Positions 1 to 11,334 of a DNA stretch of 64,000 nucleotides are shown piece after piece. A model generated the notes under the pieces. That model searched no databases, had not been told where the DNA came from, and saw nothing but the letters and a program-made list of their open reading frames with translations. Source of the DNA: an uncultured Kiritimatiellota bacterium. Lineage in GTDB: Bacteria; Verrucomicrobiota; Kiritimatiellia; RFP12; UBA1067. The translations under genes and the position numbers were made by a program. The stretch spans positions 1,820 through 65,819 of the forward strand of contig CAKTZI010000020.1 in assembly GCA_934635385.1 (NCBI GenBank), read 5' to 3'. Position 1 is the stretch's first letter; each line of letters starts with the position of its first letter.

Positions 1-443
1 CCGTATTCGGCCACAGCCGCGATGAGGTCTGATTCCAAGTCCAGTTCAAACAAGGGCGAGATGTCGGCATTGACCAGCATGTCAATGTCGAGATGGACAA
101 TGTTGCCCGTCGCGTCGGACAGGATCTGCGGCACGAAGATCGGCGTCCACGTGAAGACGTTCCAGCGCGACCCCGCACGGTTGAGAATCAGGTCCCTGTA
201 CGGTTCGAGGAACGGCTCGACGTTGTGGTAGCGAATCTTCGCGTTGAACGAATCAACGATTGCCTGCAGCTTCGCCTTGCTCTCCGGTGAATGTCCGCCA
301 AAGCCCTCGAAGACGTTGATGCGCAGCGGCGCTTCGCCGCGATAGCTGTTCAGCAGCGACCAGACGGTGACGCGCAGGAACTTCGCGCCGTTCTCATCGC
401 AGCTAAAGGCGATATCGCGGATGGGTGTCAATGTTGATTTCAT
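1..443 (-). CDS. Glycosyltransferase family 8 (LPS glycosyltransferase-like), 5' part only; gene continues beyond window start
   Basis: Reverse-complement translation from ATG (plus-strand cat ~441-443) gives MKSTLTPIRDIAFSCDENGAKFLRVTVWSLLNSYRGEAPLRINVFEGF..., the GT8 N-terminal signature (SCDENY-like). Not in the ORF track because it is truncated at the window edge. Confidence 0.55.
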   Translation of the reverse strand, partial: MKSTLTPIRDIAFSCDENGAKFLRVTVWSLLNSYRGEAPLRINVFEGFGGHSPESKAKLQAIVDSFNAKIRYHNVEPFLEPYRDLILNRAGSRWNVFTWTPIFVPQILSDATGNIVHLDIDMLVNADISPLFELDLESDLIAAVAEY

Positions 444-454
444 TCTTAATATTT

Positions 455-615
455 AACTCCGATCCGTATTGCTCTCGCTACCGCTCCGCAGAATAGGCGA
501 CCGAAAGCAGAGACATTCGCCGTGAACGGACTGGTGTGCGATTGTCTGGAGGCTGGCTTTTGCAAAGCCAGCATGAGCCTGCGAAGCGGTAGCGAGAGCA
601 ACAATCATCGGAGTT
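455..615. repeat. Long imperfect hairpin (about 30-bp arms aactccgatccgtattgctctcgctaccgct / agcggtagcgagagcaacaatcatcggagtt) with an internal GC palindrome gctggcttttgcaaagccagc. Member of a dispersed hairpin-repeat family (see 27757, 33029).
   Basis: Inverted repeat read directly in the intergenic region between the GT8 start and the DegT stop. Confidence 0.5.
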
Positions 616-617
616 AC

Positions 618-1772
618 TCACGATCCCAGGACTTCTTTCGCCGCCGCGAGGACTTTGGGCTGGTCAGGGGCGAGGCCGCAGTAGAGCGGCAGGCGCACGA
701 GCGTGTCCGCATAGCGGTCGCAGTTGGGAAGAGTTGGGCGTTGAGGGGTGAGGGTTGGGACGTGAGTCTGGGAATACTTCTTGTAGAACGCCGACGAATG
801 GAGCGGCAGGTAGTGGAAGACCGTCAGGATGTCCCGCGCCTTCATCTGCGCAATGAAGTCCGTCCGCGTCGCCAAGTCCGGGAACAGCAGATAGAACATG
901 TGCGCATTGTTCGTCGCGGAAGCGGGAAGGTTGGGAAGGTTTGGAAAGTTTGGTAGGTTGGGGAGGTTTGAGAAGAAATCCCAGTAGTTCTGCCAAAGCC
1001 GCTTGCGCTCGGCCTGGATCTCGTCGAGGTGCTCCAGCTGCGCCCAGAGGAACGCCGAGACGATTTCCGTCGGCAGGAAGGAGCTGCCCGTATCGACCCA
1101 GCCGTACTTGTTCACTTCGCCCCGGAAGAACTCGGCGCGGTTCGTGCCCTTCTCCCAGATGACCTCGGCACGGCGCACGAAACGCGCGTCGTTGACGACC
1201 AGCATCCCGCCCTCGCCCGAGATGATGTTCTTCGTCTCGTGGAACGAGAACGTCGCCAAATGCCCGATCGAACCCAGCGGCCGCTTGCCATAAAACGAAT
1301 CGATGGCCTGGGCGGCGTCTTCGACGACGAGCAGGCCGTGGCGGTTCGCGATGTCCATGATCGCGTCCATGTCGCAGGCGACGCCGGCGTAGTGGACGAC
1401 GACAATGACCTTCGTCTTCGGCGTGATCAGAGACTCGATCTGCGTCTCGTCGATGTTCGGCTGGTCGGCGCGGCTGTCCGCAAAGACGATCGTCGCACCC
1501 TGTCGCACGAACGCGAGCGCGGACGAGACGAACGTGTAGGACGGCACGATCACCTCGTCGCCCGGCCCGACTTCCGTCAGGATCGCCGCCATCTCCAGCG
1601 CGTCCGTGCACGACGTCGTGAGCAGGCACTTGCGGAATCCGTACCGCTTCTCGAAATAGGCCTGGCACTTCTGCGTAAATTCGCCGTTGCCGGAAATCTT
1701 GCCGTCCGCGACGGCCTGGCGGATGTACTCCGTCTCCTTCCCGGTCATGTAGGGTCTGTTGAAATGTATCAC
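618..1772 (-). CDS. DegT/DnrJ/EryC1/StrS-family PLP-dependent sugar aminotransferase
   Basis: 384-aa ORF with family hallmarks: N-terminal MIHFNRPYMTGKETEYIRQAV, SCTDALEMA, VIVPSYTFVSSA, HYAGVACDMD and a FSFHETKNI lysine motif. Confidence 0.9.
   Translation of the reverse strand: MIHFNRPYMTGKETEYIRQAVADGKISGNGEFTQKCQAYFEKRYGFRKCLLTTSCTDALEMAAILTEVGPGDEVIVPSYTFVSSALAFVRQGATIVFADSRADQPNIDETQIESLITPKTKVIVVVHYAGVACDMDAIMDIANRHGLLVVEDAAQAIDSFYGKRPLGSIGHLATFSFHETKNIISGEGGMLVVNDARFVRRAEVIWEKGTNRAEFFRGEVNKYGWVDTGSSFLPTEIVSAFLWAQLEHLDEIQAERKRLWQNYWDFFSNLPNLPNFPNLPNLPASATNNAHMFYLLFPDLATRTDFIAQMKARDILTVFHYLPLHSSAFYKKYSQTHVPTLTPQRPTLPNCDRYADTLVRLPLYCGLAPDQPKVLAAAKEVLGS
924..972. repeat. In-frame hexanucleotide tandem repeat (GGGAAGGTT-like, 5 units) inside the DegT gene, encoding NLPNLPNFPNLPNLP
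   Basis: ggaaggttgggaaggtttggaaagtttggtaggttggggaggttt read on the plus strand; on the coding strand it gives the NLP x5 insertion. Confidence 0.7.
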
Positions 1773-3019
1773 TTGACGAGTTCCTTGTAAACCGCCTGCG
1801 TTTTGCGTGACATTATATCAAAATCGCACAGGGCGCGGACGCCCTCGCGCCTCGTCGGACGCCGCGCCGCCGCCACCGCGTCGAGGATCTCCGCCGCGCC
1901 GCCGAACCGCCGCAGCAGACGGACGGGCCGGTTTATCGCCAGCGCCTCGGCGACCGAAAGCCCGAACGACTCAGGCTTCGTCACGTTGCCCGAAACCACC
2001 ACGTCCGCAAGCGACAGGCACTCGGGTATCCGCTCCTGCAGTCCCGCGAACACCACGCGGTCGGCGACGCCGAGCGACGCGGCCAGCGCCTTCAGCTCGG
2101 CTTCGTAGGCGCGATGCCGCCTGTCCGCGCCGCCGACGATGACGAGCTTCGTCTGCGGCGCGCGCAAGACATCGCCCCACGCCGCATCCGGCGTGACGTC
2201 AAGCGAACACGCGAGATCGCGGATCAGGTGGTCGAAGCCCTTGAGCGGCGTGAGGCGGCCGACGGCCATGACCACGCAGTCGCCCGCCGCAAGCCCCCAC
2301 GCGCGCCGCAAGTCGGCGACAACGCCCGCATCAACCTTCGCCGGATCAAACCGCGCAAAATCCACCGCCGGATGAACAACCCGAATTTTTCCCCTCAAGT
2401 CCCCCGCGTCCTCTGCGTCCTTCTTGTCCTGTGCGTCCTTTCTCATTCCCCCGTAATTCGCGACGAGGTAGTCGGCCAGGAACTGCGACGGCGTGATGAT
2501 GCGGTCGCCTTTCGTCATCACCGCCGAATAGCGCGAGACGGAATTGGCCCCATGCGCGTAGGTGATGAAAGGGAGAGAAGAAATAATCGAATCATCGAAT
2601 GGCCGAATGAGAGAATGAGAGAATCGTCGAATCATCGAATCGAGCTTGCGCGCGAGAACGAAGAGCCACGCCGGAACGCGCGAATGGGCGCAAACCAAAA
2701 GCCCTTGTCGCGCGTCCCTCGCGTCCCCCTTGTCCTGTGCGTCCTCTCTGTCCTGTGCGTCCTGTCCGTCTCCGCCCGCGATCTCCCGCAGCGCATGCCG
2801 CAGTTTCCAGGCGCGCGCAAGGGCCGTCAGCGGATTCTTCGCCTTGAGGTCAAGCGCGACGTGTTCGCCGCCGTCCGCGCGAATCCGCTCGACGAGGCGG
2901 CCGCCCTTCGAGATGACGACCGACCGCCACCCGGCACGGACAAGCGCGCGGTTGAGGTCGCAGACGACGGTCTCGACGCCGCCCTGCTCCATCGCCGGGA
3001 CAAGATGCACGACCGTCAT
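1769..3019 (-). CDS. Group-1 (GT4-type) glycosyltransferase; likely true start MTVVHLVPAMEQGG, and the ORF-track N-terminal extension is spurious
   Basis: GGVETVV N-terminus and an E-x7-E motif (ESFGLSVAEAL) near the C-terminus. Contains two low-complexity inserts (GQDAQDREDAQDKGDARDAR and RKDAQDKKDAEDAGDL) encoded by gtcctgtgcgtcct-type tandem repeats at ~2404-2446 and ~2710-2775. Confidence 0.75.
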   Translation of the reverse strand: MTVVHLVPAMEQGGVETVVCDLNRALVRAGWRSVVISKGGRLVERIRADGGEHVALDLKAKNPLTALARAWKLRHALREIAGGDGQDAQDREDAQDKGDARDARQGLLVCAHSRVPAWLFVLARKLDSMIRRFSHSLIRPFDDSIISSLPFITYAHGANSVSRYSAVMTKGDRIITPSQFLADYLVANYGGMRKDAQDKKDAEDAGDLRGKIRVVHPAVDFARFDPAKVDAGVVADLRRAWGLAAGDCVVMAVGRLTPLKGFDHLIRDLACSLDVTPDAAWGDVLRAPQTKLVIVGGADRRHRAYEAELKALAASLGVADRVVFAGLQERIPECLSLADVVVSGNVTKPESFGLSVAEALAINRPVRLLRRFGGAAEILDAVAAARRPTRREGVRALCDFDIMSRKTQAVYKELVK

Positions 3020-3026
3020 ACGTCCG

Positions 3027-3437
3027 TCAGCCCCTTTCGCCCTGCCGCAGCTCCTGAAGCTTCGTCCGAATCGCAGCAACCATCTCAGCGGGAGCGTCCA
3101 GCCCCTTGACCGCACACTCCATCGGACAAATCCCCATCCGCGTCCGATTGGCGATCTGCGGCACGATCCGCTCCGCCGTCGCCGAAACGCCGTTCGCCTG
3201 AAGGAACGCGGCCGCGCCCGCACTCATGAGCGTCGCAAAGACCGCCCGCGCGCCACCCGCCACGCAGATCGCCGCCGCCGCGCGTCCGATCACCTTGTCG
3301 CAGACGCATGCTCCCGCCAATCGATTCGCTTCATAGAGCGACAGGAGCGGGCCAATGCCGCGCCCCGACGCCTGCGCAACGATGACACCCGCGCGCGCAA
3401 CGACAACGGACGCCCCCTTTTCAAGGAGCGTCCTCAT
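3027..3437 (-). CDS. Small conserved hypothetical protein (DUF1893-like?), 136 aa from MRTLLEKGASVVV; the ORF-track upstream extension is spurious
   Basis: C-terminal 136 aa has a protein-like composition (CPMECAVKGLD motif). The upstream 190 aa is Arg/Gly-rich out-of-frame-like sequence that overlaps the next gene. Confidence 0.4.
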   Translation of the reverse strand: MRTLLEKGASVVVARAGVIVAQASGRGIGPLLSLYEANRLAGACVCDKVIGRAAAAICVAGGARAVFATLMSAGAAAFLQANGVSATAERIVPQIANRTRMGICPMECAVKGLDAPAEMVAAIRTKLQELRQGERG

Positions 3438-3478
3438 CTCCGACAGGAGACCGGCTTCGTCCGACGATTGCGGCACGG

Positions 3479-4092
3479 TCAGAATCCCGCGTTCGCGATC
3501 ACCATGATCGGCAGATTCGACTCGCACACGAGGTTCAGAAGCCCGACCTGCAGTCCGTTCAGGCGCTGCGTCGCGTTGACGACGCCGAGCTGGCAGCCCG
3601 TCAGCTCGTCTGCAAAATTGAACACGCCCAGCTGACAGCCCGTGAAGTTCAGCGAGGCGTTCAGCGCGCCGGCCGCCCAGCCCGTGAAGTCGGACTGGTT
3701 GGCGTTCGCGACCGCGAACTGGACGCCGGCCGAGTCGGCGTTGTTCCAGTTGAGCGCGGCGACCTGAAAGCCCGTAAAGGCCGTGTCGATCACCGCCAGC
3801 GCAGCCTGAAAGCCGACCGCCGAGAAGTGCGCTAGGCCGACAGCCGCGAACTGGACGCCGACGAGATTCTCCTGCGCGCCGACAAGCGAGACGTCCAATC
3901 CTTCGACATCCGCATGCGCCCCGTAGAAACCGCCCAGACGCAGTCCGTAGACGTCGCTCGCCGCAAACGGCATCTGAACGGGCGCGCAAAGGCCCAGCCC
4001 AAGGGGCGACCACGCCCACTCGCCGTCGTCGGCTCGGACATCGTTCACAAGGCTAAGCGCGGACGCGAACGCCGCGACGATCAGGGACTTCT

Positions 4093-4096
<4 letters not shown>
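3479..4096 (-). CDS. Secreted repeat protein (signal peptide [17 protein letters not shown]; repeats of ~13-20 aa rich in Q, G, N and F)
   Basis: 205-aa ORF. Repeated segments are [36 protein letters not shown] and [20 protein letters not shown]. Confidence 0.55.
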
Positions 4097-6738
<2,642 letters not shown>

Positions 6739-6767
6739 AGGCGTGTATTATAGCATTTTCGCGCGTC

Positions 6768-7265
6768 TTACGTCCGATGGATCTTCTCGTTCGCGGCAGC
6801 GACCTTGGCTTTCAGCTCCTCCTTGTGTGCGTGGAACTTCGCGCGCAGGCCGGCATCCGCCGTGCCGAGGATTTGCACGGCCAGGAGCGCCGCGTTCGTC
6901 GGTCCCGCGCTCCCGCAGGCGACCGTCGCGACAGGCACGCCGGACGGCATCTGCACCGTCGCGTAGAGCGCGTCGAGCCCGTTCAGCGCGCCGCCCGCGA
7001 CGGGAATGCCGATGACGGGCAGAACCGTCGCCGCCGCGAGGACGCCGCCGAGGTGCGCCGCGCCGCCAGCCGCCGCGATGATGACCTTGAGGCCACGCGC
7101 CTCCGCCGTCTTCGAATACTCGATCGCGACCTCCGGCGTGCGGTGCGCGCTGATGACGCGCGTCTCGTATGCGACGCCGAACGCCTCCAGCGTGGCGCAC
7201 GCCTTCTGGACGAGCGGCCAGTCCGAATCCGAGCCCATGACAATGCCGACAACAGCCTGTTCCAT
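6768..7265 (-). CDS. purE: N5-carboxyaminoimidazole ribonucleotide mutase
   Basis: 165 aa with [15 protein letters not shown] and GGAAHL motifs. Confidence 0.95.
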   Translation of the reverse strand: MEQAVVGIVMGSDSDWPLVQKACATLEAFGVAYETRVISAHRTPEVAIEYSKTAEARGLKVIIAAAGGAAHLGGVLAAATVLPVIGIPVAGGALNGLDALYATVQMPSGVPVATVACGSAGPTNAALLAVQILGTADAGLRAKFHAHKEELKAKVAAANEKIHRT

Positions 7266-7298
7266 CTTTAAGTCCTTTCTTGGTTGGATAGAGGGAGA

Positions 7299-7310
7299 TT
7301 ATACCAAAAT
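7299..7310 (-). promoter_or_regulatory. Extended -10 promoter TTTTGGTATAAT for purE, followed by RBS AAAGGA then ATG
   Basis: Reverse complement reads TTTTGGTATAATctccctctatccaaccaagaAAGGActtaaagATGGAACAG. Confidence 0.55.
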
Positions 7311-8549
7311 GCCGTGCGCGAGACGGCGGGCGAGGACGGGCAGCCCCGGATCGCGCGCCCCGCACGTCACGAAACAGCCGAAGTCTCCGCGATGCGCCGC
7401 GCACCAGTCGAACGCTGCGTCGAGGTCGGCGACAAGCTCCACGCGCGCACCCGCCGCCGCGTTCGTCTGCGCCACCGTCGCGATAAGCGCATCCGAGTTG
7501 ATCGAACGATCCGTCGTGCCGCCCGCATCGTAGACGGGCAGCAGCAGCAGGTGATCCTGCGGACGAATCGTCTCCACGAACATCGCCGCGAGCGCGTCCT
7601 TCATCTTGCGGAGCGGCGCGTAGCCGTGCGGACGCCAAATCGCGCACACCCCCTGCGGATACTTCTCGGCAAGCGTCGTCCACATCGCCTTCAGTTTCTC
7701 CGGGTTGTGCGCGTAGTCGTCGTAGACGGCAGGTTCGGGAGGTTTGGAAGGTTCGGGAGGCGTGATGAGCTGCAGACGGCGCTCGACGCCACGGAACGTC
7801 CTCATCGCGGCAACCGCATCGGACAGCTTCACGCCCAGCGCAACCGCCATGCGCACCGCCAGCTCGGCATTCTGCCGATTGTGCCGCCCCGGCACCGGCA
7901 CTTCCAAACCTTCCAAACCTCCCGAACCTTTCCTCCCGTCCACCACCGGCCCTTTGCAGTCTTTCACGAACGCATCGAAGACCGCGTCCATCTCCTCCTT
8001 CGAGTAGTGGTCGGCGGAGGCGTTCGTGACAATCGCCGCGTAGGGGCTGAAGGCGACGAGCGACCTGTCGCTCTCGTCCACCTCGGCAACGGCGTATTCG
8101 CCGCGCCCGAAGCGCACCGCCCCGTCCCAGCCCGGCACGTTCGCGCCGTTGACGCACAGCGGATCGAGGCCGCACGCGGCGAGGATGTGGCCGAGCATCG
8201 CCGTCACCGTCGACTTGCCGCACGTGCCGACGACGGCGACGAGCCTGTGTCCCGCGAGCGTGCGGGCAAGGGCCTTGGCGCGGTGCGTGACGGGGATGCC
8301 GAGTTCATGCGCCTTGCGCAGGCCGGGGTTCGCCTCCTCGATGGCCGTCGAGACGATCACTTCGTCCGTCGCGGCGTCGACTCCGCTGCCGTCGTCAGGA
8401 AAGACCTTCACGCCGAGCGATTCGAGAAAGCGGATGTTCGGCGTGTCCAATGTACGGTCGGCGCCCGTCACCGTGTCGCCTAGCTTCACAAGCGCCGTCG
8501 CGAGCGCGCTCATGCCCACGCCGCCGATGCCGATCAGATGTCGCTTCAC
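7299..8549 (-). CDS. murC: UDP-N-acetylmuramate--L-alanine ligase (GTG start before HLIGIGGVGMSA)
   Basis: GIGGVGMS Rossmann N-terminus, GTCGKST P-loop, GRHNRQNAELA and DDYAHNP motifs. It lies inside an artefactual 1094-aa ORF. Two in-frame repeat inserts, PPEPSKPPEP and GSGGLEGLE, correspond to inverted copies of a GGTTCGGGAGGTTTGGAAGG repeat at 7751-7780 and 7901-7937. Confidence 0.9.
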   Translation of the reverse strand: MKRHLIGIGGVGMSALATALVKLGDTVTGADRTLDTPNIRFLESLGVKVFPDDGSGVDAATDEVIVSTAIEEANPGLRKAHELGIPVTHRAKALARTLAGHRLVAVVGTCGKSTVTAMLGHILAACGLDPLCVNGANVPGWDGAVRFGRGEYAVAEVDESDRSLVAFSPYAAIVTNASADHYSKEEMDAVFDAFVKDCKGPVVDGRKGSGGLEGLEVPVPGRHNRQNAELAVRMAVALGVKLSDAVAAMRTFRGVERRLQLITPPEPSKPPEPAVYDDYAHNPEKLKAMWTTLAEKYPQGVCAIWRPHGYAPLRKMKDALAAMFVETIRPQDHLLLLPVYDAGGTTDRSINSDALIATVAQTNAAAGARVELVADLDAAFDWCAAHRGDFGCFVTCGARDPGLPVLARRLAHGILV

Positions 8550-8560
8550 CGTCCGCCCTT

Positions 8561-9592
8561 TCAGCCGCCGGCCTTGACGAGACAGGCGAGGCCCAGGACG
8601 AAGAGCGCGAGCATCGCGGCGTTGAGGACGTGCGAACGTTTCGGCGCGCCGGCAAACTCCTTCCAGACGAGGATGCCCCACAGCGCGGAGACGAGCGTCG
8701 CACCCTGTCCGAGCGCATAGGAGATCGCCGCGCCCGCCGTGCCCGCCGTCACGAAGGAGAGCAGCGTGCCCGTCGCCCAGATCGCGCCGCCGAGGACGCC
8801 GACGAGATGGATCGGCAGCGAGCCCCTGAACCAGTCCGCCCCGCGCACCGGCTCGCCCGCGACAGGCTTCCGCATCGCGAGCGTGTTGAAGACGAAGTTC
8901 GAGGCGAAGACACCGCACGCGAAGACGAAGAACCCCGTGTAGGGCGTCAGCTTCCCGGCGGCGGGCGCTGCCGTGCCCTGAAGGAAGGAGAGGTCGACGA
9001 CGCGATTGACGAGCGGCGAGAACCAGCTCATCAGGAGGCCCGCGACAATCGCGAGGACGAGTCCCTTGCGCGTGTCGTTCGGCGCGTCGGACGCACCGCC
9101 GCCCGCCGTCTGCTTCGCCTTGAACGCAAGCGCGTTGCAGACGATCGACGCGACGATCAGCCCCAGCCCCGTCCAGATCAGCGCGGGTTCGCCCTTGCCG
9201 TCCACGAAGTAGTTCGCGACCGTGCCGCCCACGAGCGCGAGGCCGACGCCGACCGGGAACGCGACGGACATCCCCGCGACCGCAATCGCCGCCGCGAGCA
9301 GGATGTTGGAGGCGTTGAAGACGATGCCGCCGAGGAACGGCCACGCCCACGACGCGCCGAAGCTCGCCCGGAGGTTCGCCGCGAAGCCCCACGCGCCATG
9401 CGCGCCCGTCGAGCCCAGCGTCAGGCCCGCGAGGACGGAGAAGAGGAGAAGGCCGATCACGTAGTCCCAGTAGAAGAGCTCGTAGCGCCAGCTCTTGCCC
9501 GCGAGCTTCTGGGTGTTGCCCCAGGAGCCCCAGCAGAGCATGGTGACGACGCAGAGAAGGACGGCGAGCGTGTAGTTCGAGCAGTAGTACAT
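8561..9592 (-). CDS. GRP-family sugar (ribose/glucose) uptake permease, RbsU-like
   Basis: 343-aa polytopic membrane protein (MLCWGSWGN..., 10 predicted TM helices) immediately downstream of the ribokinase. Confidence 0.7.
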   Translation of the reverse strand: MYYCSNYTLAVLLCVVTMLCWGSWGNTQKLAGKSWRYELFYWDYVIGLLLFSVLAGLTLGSTGAHGAWGFAANLRASFGASWAWPFLGGIVFNASNILLAAAIAVAGMSVAFPVGVGLALVGGTVANYFVDGKGEPALIWTGLGLIVASIVCNALAFKAKQTAGGGASDAPNDTRKGLVLAIVAGLLMSWFSPLVNRVVDLSFLQGTAAPAAGKLTPYTGFFVFACGVFASNFVFNTLAMRKPVAGEPVRGADWFRGSLPIHLVGVLGGAIWATGTLLSFVTAGTAGAAISYALGQGATLVSALWGILVWKEFAGAPKRSHVLNAAMLALFVLGLACLVKAGG

Positions 9593-9595
9593 GGC

Positions 9596-10546
9596 TTAAT
9601 AGATCTCCTCTCGGAACGGAACGGACGACTGGGCGCCGGGGCGCGTGACGGCAAGCGCGGCGGCTTTCTGCGCAAAGGCGGCGGCATCCGCACAGCCCAT
9701 CCCCTCGGACAGCGCGACGACGAACGCGCCGTTGAACGTGTCGCCGGCGGCCACGCAGTCGACGGCCTTGACCTTCTTGGTCGGATAGATCCGGTCGTCG
9801 TCGCCACAGTAGACGCCCTTCGCGCCGAGCGTGATGAGGACGTGTTTCACGCCGCGCTTCAGGAACCAGTCGCGCGCCTTGCGCGCAGACGCGGCATCCG
9901 TCACCTTGACGCCTGTCAGGATCTCGGCCTCCGTCTCGTTCGGCGTGATCCAGTCGAGCCAGAGGTAGAGCATGCGCGGCAGCTTTCGCGCCGGCGCGGG
10001 GTTGAGGACGACCGGGACGCCCGCGAGGTGCGCCGTCCGCGCCGCCGTGAGCACCGTCTCGATGGGCGTCTCCAGCTGAAGGAGGAGCGCGGCGGCCCGC
10101 TTGATGTCGGACGTGAACGGCTTGATGTCCTCCGGCGAGAGCGTGCCATTCGCACCGAGCGCGACGGAGATCACGTTCTGCCCTTTCGCATCGACCATGA
10201 TGAGGGCGGTGCCGCTCGGCTCTATCGGATCGACGACAAGCCGCGCGTCGATGCCGTCCTCCTTGAGCCGCGCCGCCGTCTCGCGCCCGAAGAGGTCGTC
10301 GCCGACCTTGGCGATGAAGACGCAGGTGCCCGGACGTGCGGACAGCCGCGCGACGGCGACCGCCTGATTCGCGCCCTTTCCGCCCGGCGTCATCCGGAAG
10401 CGTCCGCCCGAGACCGTCTCGCCCGGCACGGGGATTTTCCGCCCCGCGATCACCATGTCGGTGTTCGTGGAGCCGAGAACGACAATTTTCTTGTGGCTCT
10501 TGCTGTGGCCCTTGCGAGCAACGGTCTTTTCCTTCGCGTTTTTCAT
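9596..10546 (-). CDS. rbsK: Ribokinase (PfkB family)
   Basis: KIVVLGSTNTDMV, GGKGANQAVA and the DTxGAGD-like motif CVAAGDTFNGAF. Confidence 0.85.
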   Translation of the reverse strand: MKNAKEKTVARKGHSKSHKKIVVLGSTNTDMVIAGRKIPVPGETVSGGRFRMTPGGKGANQAVAVARLSARPGTCVFIAKVGDDLFGRETAARLKEDGIDARLVVDPIEPSGTALIMVDAKGQNVISVALGANGTLSPEDIKPFTSDIKRAAALLLQLETPIETVLTAARTAHLAGVPVVLNPAPARKLPRMLYLWLDWITPNETEAEILTGVKVTDAASARKARDWFLKRGVKHVLITLGAKGVYCGDDDRIYPTKKVKAVDCVAAGDTFNGAFVVALSEGMGCADAAAFAQKAAALAVTRPGAQSSVPFREEIY

Positions 10547-10601
10547 GATGCGGTATTATCGCATATCCAGTCCGCTTTTGCAAGTGCCGCGCGTGACGGG
10601 A

Positions 10602-10613
10602 ATTTGGTATAAT
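10602..10613 (+). promoter_or_regulatory. Extended -10 promoter TTTGGTATAAT upstream of ogt
   Basis: gggaatttggtataatcagc read directly. Confidence 0.5.
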
Positions 10614-10659
10614 CAGCGCCAGATGACGGTGAAAAGAGATGAGACAGGGGAGCCGAAAT

Positions 10660-11193
10660 ATGGTCTACATTCAAAAGTATGCGTCGCCGGTGGGCGGCAT
10701 GTTGCTGGCGGCGGATGAGATCGGGTTGACGGGCGTGTGGTTCGACGGCGAGAAGTTCTTTGCCGACAACCTCCCGCCCGAACACGCGGAGAAGGATACC
10801 CCAACGCTGGCGGAGACCAAGCGCTGGCTGGACATCTACTTCAAGGGCAAGGAGCCGGACTTCACGCCGCCGCTGCATCCCGTCGGCTCGGCGTTCCGCC
10901 TGAAGGTCTGGGACATCCTTTTGAAGATTCCCTATGGACAGACCGTCACCTACGGCTGGATCGCCCGGCAGCTTGCGGCGCGTGAAGGTCTCGCGCGGAT
11001 GTCCGCACAGGCCGTTGGCGGCGCCGTGGGGCACAACGAGATCTCCATCATCATCCCGTGCCATCGGGTCGTGGGGACGAGCGGCAGCCTGACGGGATAC
11101 GCGGGCGGCATGGATCGGAAGATTGCCTTGCTGAAGACGGAACACGTTGACCTGAGCCGCTTCTTCGTCCCGAAGAAAGGGACTGCGCTGTAA
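10660..11193 (+). CDS. ogt: Methylated-DNA--protein-cysteine methyltransferase (start taken at MVYIQKY after RBS AGGGGAG)
   Basis: Active-site motif IIIPCHRVV, then GYAGGMDRKIALL. Confidence 0.85.
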   Translation: MVYIQKYASPVGGMLLAADEIGLTGVWFDGEKFFADNLPPEHAEKDTPTLAETKRWLDIYFKGKEPDFTPPLHPVGSAFRLKVWDILLKIPYGQTVTYGWIARQLAAREGLARMSAQAVGGAVGHNEISIIIPCHRVVGTSGSLTGYAGGMDRKIALLKTEHVDLSRFFVPKKGTAL

Positions 11194-11277
11194 CGTATGC
11201 GGCTGATCGGGAACACGATCGTGTAGTTTTTTAAGGAGGCATATCGAGATGAATGTCTGTCTCGTGGCGCTTGGCTG

Positions 11278-11313
11278 CCTCATTCTCACTTTTTTAAAAA
11301 AGTGAGAATGAGG
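11278..11313. repeat. 36-bp perfect palindrome CCTCATTCTCACTTTTTTAAAAAAGTGAGAATGAGG between convergent genes (copy 1 of 2)
   Basis: Read directly. The second copy at 16212-16255 is also between convergent genes. Confidence 0.8.
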
Positions 11314-11334
11314 GTATGAGGCCAACGAGGCCGA

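Noticed and set aside
924-972. Possible CRISPR array, considered for the short repeats here and at 7751-7937 and the T6A6 palindromes
   Set aside because: These are contiguous 6-20-nt tandem units or palindromes without unique spacers, and no cas genes are present. Not CRISPR.
3027-4019. 330-aa ORF as a single protein
   Set aside because: The N-terminal 190 aa overlaps the secreted repeat-protein gene in another frame and is Arg/Gly-rich. Only the C-terminal 136 aa is kept.
6748-8223. 491-aa ORF on the minus strand overlapping purE and murC
   Set aside because: Out-of-frame overlap with two well-supported genes. Gly/Arg-rich composition.
7299-10583. 1094-aa ORF on the minus strand
   Set aside because: Chimeric high-GC artefact. 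It is in frame only with murC at its 3' end. Upstream it runs out of frame through the rbsU and rbsK genes, which are the real ORFs 8561-9592 and 9596-10546 with recognisable motifs.
8450-10612. 720-aa ORF on the plus strand
   Set aside because: Antisense to the murC, rbsU and rbsK genes. Arg/Asp/Glu-rich low-complexity.
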